Shown here: positions 52,337 through 61,678 of the stretch, in pieces | How the letters are laid out: the number at the start of each line of letters is the position of its first letter | Numbering within the stretch: the stretch's first letter is position 1 | Assembly: GCA_046861385.1 (NCBI GenBank) | Contig: JBHHTW010000002.1 | Location: 78,948-142,947 of the forward strand | Direction of reading: 5' to 3' | Source: Fidelibacterota bacterium | GTDB taxonomy: Bacteria > Fidelibacterota > Marinisomatia > Marinisomatales > TCS55 | DNA length: 64,000 nucleotides | The notes under the pieces: generated by a model | Told to the model about the DNA's origin: nothing | Databases searched by the model: none | What the model saw: only the letters and a program-made list of their open reading frames with translations | Translations under genes and position numbers: made by a program

Positions 52337-53614
52337 ATGACAATCCTTTTTCAACTTTTTTATAATGGTTTATTATTTCCTTTTTTTATGGTTTTGTCCA
52401 TGTTCGGTCTGATGGTTAATCAAAAAATACGAGAAGGGTTTCTGGGTCGTTTAAAATCCATTCGCCTTCTAAAAGATTTCAATGCTTCACTGAATCCCCG
52501 TGACTTAACCTATTGGTTCCACGCGGCATCTTTTGGAGAATATGAACAGATTCGTCCCGTATTGGCAGGATTGAAAGCAATTGAACCGCACGCGAAAATT
52601 GTGGTTAGTTTTTTCTCACCATCCGGTTATAATAATGTAAAGGATGATCGTATTGATTGTAAAATTTATTTACCATTTGATTTTCCATGGACAATTCACA
52701 AAGCGCTCAAACTGGTACACCCTAAAAAGATCATATTCGCCGCATACGACATTTGGCCCAATCTTGTCTGGATTGCGAAAAGCAGAAATATCAGGACTAC
52801 ACTATTTGCCGCCCGGTTTATGAAAGGGACTAAAAAATTATACCCGGTTTTTAGAAATTTTTACCAAAGTGTTTATTCCGGCATCAGTGCAATTTACACT
52901 GTGGATAAAGATGATTATCTCCAGGTGGGAAGACTTATTCAGGGAAATCCATCGATCTTAAGGGTTTTGGGTAACCCCCGTTATGATCAAGTAAAAGAAA
53001 AAGCTGATGAGTTTACGGTCTCCCACACACAGTCGGTTTTGGATCGGGAAAAGCGGATTATTGCCGGGAGTGTCCATTTGGAAGATGAACCTGTTGTTTT
53101 AGACGCATTCGCAGATATTTTAAAACAAAATAAGGATGTTTCGTTGGTGTGGATACCACACGATCCGGATAAAAAAAATATTTTAAGAGCGGAACGCTTT
53201 TTTAGCGAAAAGGGCATTATGAGTGTTCGTCTATGGAAAAAAACAATCCAATTACCGAAGGCAAAGGTCGTCATCGTTGATGTAGTAGGAATACTTTCAC
53301 GGTTATACTGGCATGGACAAATCGCATATATCGGCGGGGGTTTTTCAACAGGAGTTCATAATACAATGGAACCGGCCATTGCGCGTCTGCCGGTATTATT
53401 CGGCCCGAAAAATGAACAATTTCATGCAACTGGGGAACTCATCAAATCGGGCGGTGGTTTTGAAATCCATTCTTCAGACGACGTATATACTATATTAGAT
53501 CGTTTAATTTCCAATCAGTCCTTTTTCTTAAAAAGCAGTTTTGCAGCAACCAATGTGATACACAAAAACCTTGGCTCCGCTACACGGGTGGTACGGGGAA
53601 TTGTCCGTGACTAA
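52337..53614 (+). CDS. waaA: 3-deoxy-D-manno-octulosonic acid (Kdo) transferase
   Basis: WFHAASFGEYE, YLPFD, GNPRYD, IAGSVH, GVHNTMEPA. Confidence 0.9.
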   Translation: MTILFQLFYNGLLFPFFMVLSMFGLMVNQKIREGFLGRLKSIRLLKDFNASLNPRDLTYWFHAASFGEYEQIRPVLAGLKAIEPHAKIVVSFFSPSGYNNVKDDRIDCKIYLPFDFPWTIHKALKLVHPKKIIFAAYDIWPNLVWIAKSRNIRTTLFAARFMKGTKKLYPVFRNFYQSVYSGISAIYTVDKDDYLQVGRLIQGNPSILRVLGNPRYDQVKEKADEFTVSHTQSVLDREKRIIAGSVHLEDEPVVLDAFADILKQNKDVSLVWIPHDPDKKNILRAERFFSEKGIMSVRLWKKTIQLPKAKVVIVDVVGILSRLYWHGQIAYIGGGFSTGVHNTMEPAIARLPVLFGPKNEQFHATGELIKSGGGFEIHSSDDVYTILDRLISNQSFFLKSSFAATNVIHKNLGSATRVVRGIVRD

Positions 53615-54923
53615 ATTTCTTCAATTCAGATTAACATTTCCCCGATTCGACTTTGGTCAAACAATGTCTTTTGGTCCTGGGCTGCACGTGATCTACGGGG
53701 AAAGCGGTACAGGAAAAACAGCCTTTATCAACCGAATACTCCAGGAACCAATCGAAAATGTTAATTTTGAAATATCATTTGTTTCAGGCCCGGAGAAATT
53801 TCAAAAAGTGTTTCAAAACCCGGATACGCAAATCGTCAGTTCATCCGTTGGGGGTGAACTGGCATTTTCTTTAGAATGCATCAGCGGTGATACTGAAGAA
53901 ATTAATCATGAAATAAATCTATTAAAAAACGAGCTCATATTCCGTTGTGAAGACCGGCGCCATCCCGTCACATTAAGTGGTGGCGAGAAGGAAAGCTTAA
54001 ATATTTCCACCGCATTCAGCGTGTCTCCCGATTGTGTATTGATTGATGATGGCCTATCCTTTTTGAATGAAAATTCAAAAGAAAAAATAGTGAACAATAT
54101 TCAGGAAAAAATTGAGTTAACCGGATGTATCGTTTTGTGGTTGACCAGCGATTTGAAAGACCTTGAATATGGCCAGACTTCATGGGAATTATCGCTATCA
54201 TCATTGGAGCAGTGGAAGGGAACGATTTCTCCATTTCCTGATTTCGACCATTCTCGCGATGACTCAAATATCCGATTAAACTGTTCTCGATTGTCATTTT
54301 CCTACCCGGGAGAAGATGCTGTACTGAACGCATTGGATTGTGAAATCAGCCAATTCAGATCCCTGGGAATTTCCGGTGCCAATGGAAGCGGAAAAACTAC
54401 CTTAGCCAAATGTTTGTTAGGGATAGAAAAGCCCACGGTTGGAGATATTCATCTCAGGAAAAACGACCGCAAAATTTCCATGGCATATCTGGAGCAATTC
54501 CCGGAGAAAATGATCGGAGCAGATCCAATCGGAGATTTTATTGATCAATTGGTTCAAGCTGAAAAATTGGATCCATTAAAAATCAATCATGGAATTAATA
54601 ACTTAAAAAGCTGTCAGATTGATTGGAACCAAATCAAAGATAAATCAGCATTTGAATTACCCTGGTCCACACTGAGATTAATTTTGGTTATTTGGCTCTT
54701 AAACTGCGAATATGAATTAATTATATTGGACGAACCGACCTTTGGTTTGGGTCGAAAACAAGTGATAAATTTGGCTCATTATTTAGAACTGTATTTGAAA
54801 ACGAAACATTTAATCATTATTTCACACGATCATGAATTTATTCATTCATTTTGTGATCAAATTCTGGATTTAGATCAATACCCATTATTCACCGAACTAT
54901 CTGATACATTATCAAATGGATAA
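53607..54923 (+). CDS. Tandem-domain ABC ATPase (fused EcfA/A'-like)
   Basis: Two Walker A motifs (GESGTGKT, GANGSGKT), FQNPDTQ ECF-type Q-loop, LSGGE, LDEPT; GTG 53607 overlaps the waaA end. Confidence 0.75.
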   Translation: MTKFLQFRLTFPRFDFGQTMSFGPGLHVIYGESGTGKTAFINRILQEPIENVNFEISFVSGPEKFQKVFQNPDTQIVSSSVGGELAFSLECISGDTEEINHEINLLKNELIFRCEDRRHPVTLSGGEKESLNISTAFSVSPDCVLIDDGLSFLNENSKEKIVNNIQEKIELTGCIVLWLTSDLKDLEYGQTSWELSLSSLEQWKGTISPFPDFDHSRDDSNIRLNCSRLSFSYPGEDAVLNALDCEISQFRSLGISGANGSGKTTLAKCLLGIEKPTVGDIHLRKNDRKISMAYLEQFPEKMIGADPIGDFIDQLVQAEKLDPLKINHGINNLKSCQIDWNQIKDKSAFELPWSTLRLILVIWLLNCEYELIILDEPTFGLGRKQVINLAHYLELYLKTKHLIIISHDHEFIHSFCDQILDLDQYPLFTELSDTLSNG

Positions 54924-55479
54924 ACTTAAAGAGAAATTCTCTGATCCAACCCGAATACTGACAGTCGCGAATATAGTCAGTTTGGTACGGGCTCTATTGG
55001 CCATCCCTATTATTTATTCTTTGGAAAATGCATACTGGAATATTGCATTTATTCTCATCATCCTTGCTGTTCTTTCTGATGCGTTAGATGGATATTTCGC
55101 CCGTCTGGCCCATGAAGTCACCGAAGTGGGAAAATGGCTCGATCCAGTCGCAGATTTTGTAGTGATTTTGGCTGTCACATCCTACCTGGTGAACGAAGGA
55201 CTTTTCCCGGCTTGGTTCTATTGGTTTTTTCTGGGGCGGTATATAGCCATCGCATTACCGGCAATTTATTATTTTAATCATAAACATTATATTTTATCAT
55301 CGAATTGGTACGGAAAATGGGCTGCAGGAATGACAACACTTTCAGTTGTATTGCATATTTTCCCCATAAAGCAGATTGATTGGATTCCAACTATGTTGTT
55401 GTACGTGGCATCAGGGTTATTGACCATCAGTTTTCTAAAATATATCCGCACATTCGCAAGACTATCCAATCCAAAATAA
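54916..55479 (+). CDS. CDP-alcohol phosphatidyltransferase (PgsA-like)
   Basis: DALDGYFAR...GKWLDPVAD signature. Confidence 0.92.
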   Translation: MDKLKEKFSDPTRILTVANIVSLVRALLAIPIIYSLENAYWNIAFILIILAVLSDALDGYFARLAHEVTEVGKWLDPVADFVVILAVTSYLVNEGLFPAWFYWFFLGRYIAIALPAIYYFNHKHYILSSNWYGKWAAGMTTLSVVLHIFPIKQIDWIPTMLLYVASGLLTISFLKYIRTFARLSNPK

Positions 55480-55482
55480 TCC

Positions 55483-56361
55483 ATGGAAATATTAGGGAAA
55501 TTATTTAATGCTCTCCGGCGGTCTCGAGAAAGCGTTTCCGGTGCATTTACCAGACTGATTCAGGAGAAAGTTTCACTGGAGGCACTGGAGGAATTGGAAG
55601 AAACGCTTTTGTCCGCTGATTTGGGTCTGAACACTGTGGATAATATTCTGGACATAGTTTCGAAGCATTCGAAAGAAAATTTTTTAAACAAAGTATCCTC
55701 ATACATGGAAAATGTTTTATCCACAGAATCCATATTAGATTTGCCTGCCCCATCTGTATTGTTAGTTGTAGGTGTCAACGGTACAGGGAAAACCACTACG
55801 GCTGCAAAACTGGCCCATTATTATCAAGAAAAGGGGAAGAATGTTTTACTGGTGGCAGCAGATACGTACCGGGCGGCAGCAGTTGGACAACTCCAACAAT
55901 GGAGCAGGCGATTGCAAATTCGACTGGTGTGTAATGAACAGTCACAGGATCCATCATCTGTATTATTCGATGGTTTGAAATCCGGCAAATCGGATCAATG
56001 TGATCTAGTCATCGTTGATACAGCCGGTCGACTGCATACCTATAAAAATTTAATGAGTGAATTGGGAAAAATGGCTCGAGTCGTCAATGATAGATTTCCT
56101 GATTATCATCTTCATACGTTAATGACCATTGATGCGAATCTGGGACAAAATTCCCTTCACCAAGCGCAGGAATTCGCTAAAAGTGTTAACTTGGACGGTG
56201 CGATTCTTACAAAAATGGACGGTACCGCAAGAGGCGGCATTGTGTTCGCCCTAAAAAAGGATTTGAACATTCCCGTTCGATTCATTGGAGTTGGAGAAGA
56301 ATTAGATGATCTGGAAGTATTTGTCCCGGGAGAATATGTGAAATCGCTTCTTGGGGTGTAA
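55483..56361 (+). CDS. ftsY: Signal recognition particle receptor FtsY (NG domain only)
   Basis: GVNGTGKTTT, DTYRAAA, DTAGR, TKMDGTARGG, GVGE. Confidence 0.96.
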   Translation: MEILGKLFNALRRSRESVSGAFTRLIQEKVSLEALEELEETLLSADLGLNTVDNILDIVSKHSKENFLNKVSSYMENVLSTESILDLPAPSVLLVVGVNGTGKTTTAAKLAHYYQEKGKNVLLVAADTYRAAAVGQLQQWSRRLQIRLVCNEQSQDPSSVLFDGLKSGKSDQCDLVIVDTAGRLHTYKNLMSELGKMARVVNDRFPDYHLHTLMTIDANLGQNSLHQAQEFAKSVNLDGAILTKMDGTARGGIVFALKKDLNIPVRFIGVGEELDDLEVFVPGEYVKSLLGV

Positions 56362-56500
56362 TCATTCAATCATTCTGCCACAGAGGTGCGGAGAGTAAAT
56401 AATAAAACGTAAAACGTAAACAATAATATAGTCTCTTGAATTACGTTTTACATAATTACCTATTTACGATTATCAAATGGCATGGATTTAACTAAAAATA

Positions 56501-57796
56501 ATGTTCAAACATAAACTAAATATCATCAGTCTCGGCTGTGCGAAAGCGTTGGTGGATTCTGAAATTTTGCTCGGTGGGTTAAAACAAAATAAAGTTGAAA
56601 TCACAGATACGCCCGAAGGGGCGGACACGGTTGTTGTGAATACATGCGGTTTTTTGGATATAGCCAGGGAAGAATCAATTGATACGATTCTCCAAGCCGC
56701 AGAGCTGAAAAAATCCGGGAAAATTAACCAATTAGTAGTGATGGGGTGTTTATCAGAACGATATCCGGATGAATTGATTAAAGAGATTCCGGGAATTGAT
56801 CGCATTTTCGGTTCGAATAATCACCGTGATATTGTTCAGTTTATTACCGGAAAGGAATTTTCCAAAGATGATCCGCTGTTTTTCCGATCATTAATGACAC
56901 CCAATCATTATGCGTATTTAAAAATAGCAGAAGGTTGTGATAACGGCTGCTCATTCTGCAGTATTCCTTTGATGCGCGGATTGCAGAAATCCCGCCCTAT
57001 TCCTGCTATTGTGGATGAGGCTCACCGGCTGGCTGAAAAGGGCGTGAAAGAATTGCTGATCATCGCCCAGGATTCCACATCTTATGGATGGGATTTACCA
57101 AAAAAAGTATATTTGAGCGATTTGATTTATGCATTGGATGAGTCATTGCCGAAAACCGTGAAGTGGATGCGGATTCACTATGCCCATCCTGCCCATTTAT
57201 CCCAACGGATAATTGATGCTATGGCAGCAACGGACAGGGTGTGTAATTATTTAGATATTCCCATCCAGCATGCGTCAGACAGAATACTCACTTCCATGCG
57301 GCGCGGCTTAGGAAAAGAAATGATCCGTGAACGAATCCAACGTTTGAAAGATGCGAATCCGGGAATCGCTTTAAGAACCACATTGATTGTCGGTTATCCG
57401 GGGGAGACTGAAAAAGAATTCGATGAATTATACGATTTTGTTAAAGAGATACGGTTTGATCGTCTGGGTGTATTTACGTACTCGGAAGAGGAAGATACAC
57501 TTGCGGCAGATTCGAATGATGATGTCCCGAATGGAGTGAAAGATGAAAGGAAGGCAATCATTCTGGATTTACAGGCTGAAATTTCATTGGAAAAGAACCA
57601 GACTTTAATTGGTCAAACACTTGATGCTTTGGTGGATGAAGTAGGGGAAACTGTCTCAGTTGGAAGGACAGAATTTGATTCACCGGAAGTGGATCAAATA
57701 GTGCAAATAAATGGCATGGTTAATAAGGGTGAATTTTGTAGAGTGAAAATTAAAGATGCAAGTGAGTTTGAGTTGAAGGGGATTCGTGTAAGTTAG
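56501..57796 (+). CDS. rimO: Ribosomal protein S12 methylthiotransferase
   Basis: SLGCAKALVDSE, NTCGF, YAYLKIAEGCDNGCSFC, SPEVD, C-terminal TRAM domain. Confidence 0.95.
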   Translation: MFKHKLNIISLGCAKALVDSEILLGGLKQNKVEITDTPEGADTVVVNTCGFLDIAREESIDTILQAAELKKSGKINQLVVMGCLSERYPDELIKEIPGIDRIFGSNNHRDIVQFITGKEFSKDDPLFFRSLMTPNHYAYLKIAEGCDNGCSFCSIPLMRGLQKSRPIPAIVDEAHRLAEKGVKELLIIAQDSTSYGWDLPKKVYLSDLIYALDESLPKTVKWMRIHYAHPAHLSQRIIDAMAATDRVCNYLDIPIQHASDRILTSMRRGLGKEMIRERIQRLKDANPGIALRTTLIVGYPGETEKEFDELYDFVKEIRFDRLGVFTYSEEEDTLAADSNDDVPNGVKDERKAIILDLQAEISLEKNQTLIGQTLDALVDEVGETVSVGRTEFDSPEVDQIVQINGMVNKGEFCRVKIKDASEFELKGIRVS

Positions 57797-57878
57797 TAGC
57801 AGCTGTGGAATAATTCACGCCATTTATTACATTTCATTTTTTACGTTTTACGTGTAATTTCTCTTAAACGGAGAATCC

Positions 57879-60338
57879 TTGTTGTTATACAGTAGAATTA
57901 TAACTGGAATTATTATTTTTACAGTTCTGTTTGCACAAGCAGAAAAAGGGGGAGATCAACCTCGACCTGCGCCAAGAAAATTTAAAGATGGTTTACTTGA
58001 GCCATCTCATTTAGACGATATTGTCAAAATTCCTAAAGAAAACTATCGTTATAATTATTCAAGTACTAATCGTAGGGAGGATGATGATATCATTATTGAA
58101 CATGAAATATCCATTCCTACCCGACAACATAATCCAAACCGCTCTGTAGATGATACACTTGTGTATTATCCAGCTGACGGTTCTTGGAACGGTCAGTTCA
58201 TCATGAGCCCCGGAGATGCAATGATGATGACCTTTAAAATGCCGACGGAAGGATTTATAAAAGGGATCAATATTCCGGTATATGAATGGGGGACTGGTGA
58301 ACAGGAACTGACTGTTTCTTTACATAAACTGCAGTATCCTTATGATATTAATGGTGATGAGTATATAAATTCCATGGTTGACGATTATGGTTGGATCGGC
58401 GGTTATGACATGGACAGCACCGGCGCTGTGTATATTTCTGGTGATGTTTATACTCCGGGAGGAACCCCATGGGGTTGTAATGGTGATGGTGTACTTCCTC
58501 TCAACATCACCGATCCGTTATTGGCTGCTGAACCGGGAGTGGGTCCTCCAAATGTTCCACCACAGGGTGTTGTCTGGCCGGATAGTAACAATGCGGTAAT
58601 AATGACACCGCAAACACATCCCGATTATGCAGCATCCGGTAATCTTGATAATTGGATTGACCTTCAGGATTTTGGTTCAGAATATGAATTTCAATGTAAT
58701 GAATGGGTGGGGATTCTGTTTCAGTTTACCGGAGACGGCGGGGGAGATGATGAGACTGTTGGTTTCTTCTATGGGGCCGGGGATGGACTGGTTGATCCGT
58801 GGGTATTTCTCAAGTTTTATGATGTTTGTGGCGGTACTTCTGGAAACGGCGGTTGGCATATCAGACACTGGATAATCAGGACTGAATTAGCCGTTGAATT
58901 AACCGGTGACCGGGGACCTAGTTTTGAAGAAATTATTGAGCTAAATACTACCATATCGATTGAAGATAGAACCGTCACAGCTCACATTTTAGATGATAAC
59001 CCCGGTGGCGGGGATGCAGGTGTTGCATCTGCGCAAATTTACTATCAAATCGACTCATTGACTGCACCGGTAAATACCGTTGAAATGACATTGATAAGTG
59101 AAACTGTAGAAGATGGTATTTGGGAAGGAGATATCCCTGGTCAAGAGCCAGGCACAATTGTGTATTGGAATTTGTCTGCAAATGATGTCAATGGTCATAC
59201 AGCACGAACAGCGACACAATCATATTATATTTTCCGCCTTACATCCAATGAATTGATATTCTTCAATAGAAAATATTTTTCTTGGGGTTACGTTCCTGCC
59301 CTGGATCGGGTTTATTTTTATTGGAACGGGAACAATTTTGATATCTGGCCGGCAAGTTATGGACCTTTAACAGATGAATTATTAGAGCAATATGATGTAT
59401 TGATAGAAATAACCAATGGAGATGGTCCACTTTATAACAATGACGATGAGGTGAAAAAATGGTGGGGACGAGACAAGACATATATTGCAGCTGGGGATGA
59501 GTGGTTAGGGCAAAGATGTTATGGATGGGGTAATGATTGCTACGGTGTCCCACGAGATATTTTGGGAATAACATACGCATATCATGATATAAACTGGCGT
59601 AGTTCTGGAGACTGGGAAGGAATATCCAGACTTACTCCAGATTCCGCTGGAGTTGCTAGTGTCTTATATGAATTTCTATCCGATTCATTATTTTTGAATT
59701 ATGATCCCGACTACGAAACCGGAAATTATAATTGGATAGACGGATTTGAGATTGTGGATGGTTATACAGTAGATATGACAGCATATTCAGGTGTATTGGA
59801 TAGCAACGGAAATGTTGCTGATAATGCAGAAATATACAATGTGATGGTCCATGGACAGGCAGGTAACGGCGGTAAAAGTGCATTTATGTCCTTTGATCCA
59901 ATAGCATTGAATACAACACCGAGTTATTACTGGATCGGAGCTTCCAGTGTCTGGAATATGTCTCATCCAAATTGTCCGCCCAATGCCAGTCCACTTATTA
60001 GTGTATATGAATTATTGAAGGAAATAGTAGAATCTGTTGAAGATGAAATTGAATCACCAACAACTTTTTCATTAAAAGGCAACTACCCAAACCCCTTTAA
60101 CCCAACCACAACTATCCAGTACGAACTACTCCTACAATCTGATGTCCAAATCACCATTTACGACCTGCTTGGTAGAGAAGTGAAAAAACTGGTGAGCGGT
60201 GAACTGGTGAGTGGTTATCATAAGGCAATTTGGGATGCAACCAATGATCAAGGCAAACCAGTGAGTGCCGGAGTCTACTTATACCAGATACAAGCCGGAA
60301 AATTTATTCAGACCAAGAAGATGGTCCTCCTACGCTAA
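57879..60338 (+). CDS. Large secreted acidic protein with C-terminal T9SS-CTD/FlgD-Ig-like domain (paralog A)
   Basis: TTG start after GGAG, signal peptide ending LFAQ, C-terminal NYPNPFNP...IYDLLGREV...SAGVYLY...TKKMVLLR. Confidence 0.8.
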   Translation: MLLYSRIITGIIIFTVLFAQAEKGGDQPRPAPRKFKDGLLEPSHLDDIVKIPKENYRYNYSSTNRREDDDIIIEHEISIPTRQHNPNRSVDDTLVYYPADGSWNGQFIMSPGDAMMMTFKMPTEGFIKGINIPVYEWGTGEQELTVSLHKLQYPYDINGDEYINSMVDDYGWIGGYDMDSTGAVYISGDVYTPGGTPWGCNGDGVLPLNITDPLLAAEPGVGPPNVPPQGVVWPDSNNAVIMTPQTHPDYAASGNLDNWIDLQDFGSEYEFQCNEWVGILFQFTGDGGGDDETVGFFYGAGDGLVDPWVFLKFYDVCGGTSGNGGWHIRHWIIRTELAVELTGDRGPSFEEIIELNTTISIEDRTVTAHILDDNPGGGDAGVASAQIYYQIDSLTAPVNTVEMTLISETVEDGIWEGDIPGQEPGTIVYWNLSANDVNGHTARTATQSYYIFRLTSNELIFFNRKYFSWGYVPALDRVYFYWNGNNFDIWPASYGPLTDELLEQYDVLIEITNGDGPLYNNDDEVKKWWGRDKTYIAAGDEWLGQRCYGWGNDCYGVPRDILGITYAYHDINWRSSGDWEGISRLTPDSAGVASVLYEFLSDSLFLNYDPDYETGNYNWIDGFEIVDGYTVDMTAYSGVLDSNGNVADNAEIYNVMVHGQAGNGGKSAFMSFDPIALNTTPSYYWIGASSVWNMSHPNCPPNASPLISVYELLKEIVESVEDEIESPTTFSLKGNYPNPFNPTTTIQYELLLQSDVQITIYDLLGREVKKLVSGELVSGYHKAIWDATNDQGKPVSAGVYLYQIQAGKFIQTKKMVLLR

Positions 60339-60364
60339 AACTATGAAGGACAAGTGTTGTTGAA

Positions 60365-61678
60365 ATGAGGCTCAAAACAAATATACTTGTTGCTGCATTG
60401 TTAACCTTGTTTACCAGCCTACCGTCTCAAAACCCGGCATGGATAACTTACAATAGCTCCAACTCTGGCTTGCCTGATAATTATGTTCGAACGGTGGCAA
60501 TAGATCCTGACGGAAATAAATGGCTCGGTACTTACACAACTGGTTTAATAAGATTTGACGGTAATAATTGGACACTATATGACACGAGCAACTCCGGTCT
60601 CCAGGGAACCTGGATCCACGATCTTGATACAGATACGGAAGGATACATCTGGATCAGCGTAGCGAAGAGTTGGGGGGAGGGTCCAATCGAGGGTATGGGT
60701 CTTGCCAAGTTCGATGGAGATACCATTTGGCAAATCTACAATGACCTAAATTCCGATTCACCCAGCGATGATATAATAGCCATCACAACTGACGGGAATA
60801 ATAACGTATGGATAGGAACGACTAGTGGATTAGCCAGGTTTGATGGTACTAACTGGACAGTTTACGATACATCAAATTCCGATCTACCGGAAAATATAGT
60901 CGAATCCATCGCCATAGACAGCAGTGGAAATGTATGGGCAGGATTACGTGAAACAGGCTTGGTTAAGTTCGACGGTGTTAACTGGACATTGTACAATGTC
61001 TTGAATTCCGATTTACCTGATAATGATGTGAATTGTATTACCATCAATTCGGACGGGGTCGTTTTGGTGGGAACTGATGATGGTTACGCTGAATATGACG
61101 GCAGCAATTGGATAGTATATCATTTCATATCAAATTCGAACTTTTTGCTTGAGCACATTAATTCTATCGCCGTAGAGATGGGAATGATCAGATGGATAGG
61201 AACTTCGGGAGGACTAGTAAAGCTCTTATGGACTAGCTGGACTGTTTTCGATAGTGCAAATTCAGGTCTGCCAAGTGATTATATAAATAGCATAGCCATT
61301 GATGAATATAGTAACAAATGGATTACGTCTCTGGGGCTGATTGTTTTTAATGAAGGTGGAGTTGTTGGCATTATGAGCAACCAACCTCAAATATTACCGG
61401 AAGAATATACCTTATCACAGAATCACCCCAACCCCTTCAACCCAACCACAACTATCCAGTACGAACTACTCCGACAATCTGATGTTCAAATCACCATTTA
61501 CGACCTGCTTGGTAGAGAGATAAAAAAACTGGTGAGCGGTGAACTGGTGAGTGGTTATCATGAAGCCATTTGGGACGGAACCAATGATCATGGCAAACCA
61601 GTGAGCGCTGGAGTCTATCTCTACCAGATGCGGACGAAAAATCATATTCAAACGAAGAAATTAGTTCTCTTGAAATGA
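60365..61678 (+). CDS. Secreted beta-propeller protein (two-component-regulator propeller repeats) with the same CTD
   Basis: Repeats of NSGLPDNxVxxIAID.GNxWxGT..GL.RFDG..W..Y; C-terminal HPNPFNP CTD. Confidence 0.85.
   Translation: MRLKTNILVAALLTLFTSLPSQNPAWITYNSSNSGLPDNYVRTVAIDPDGNKWLGTYTTGLIRFDGNNWTLYDTSNSGLQGTWIHDLDTDTEGYIWISVAKSWGEGPIEGMGLAKFDGDTIWQIYNDLNSDSPSDDIIAITTDGNNNVWIGTTSGLARFDGTNWTVYDTSNSDLPENIVESIAIDSSGNVWAGLRETGLVKFDGVNWTLYNVLNSDLPDNDVNCITINSDGVVLVGTDDGYAEYDGSNWIVYHFISNSNFLLEHINSIAVEMGMIRWIGTSGGLVKLLWTSWTVFDSANSGLPSDYINSIAIDEYSNKWITSLGLIVFNEGGVVGIMSNQPQILPEEYTLSQNHPNPFNPTTTIQYELLRQSDVQITIYDLLGREIKKLVSGELVSGYHEAIWDGTNDHGKPVSAGVYLYQMRTKNHIQTKKLVLLK

Noticed and set aside
56501-57796. 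miaB
   Set aside because: Motifs (SLGC.K.LVDSE, YAYLKIAEGC, SPEVD) fit RimO rather than MiaB.
60099-61561. Diversity-generating retroelement TR/VR pair
   Set aside because: Mismatches are not confined to adenines of one copy (T/G, C/T, A/G, G/A), both copies are coding, and no reverse transcriptase is in the window.
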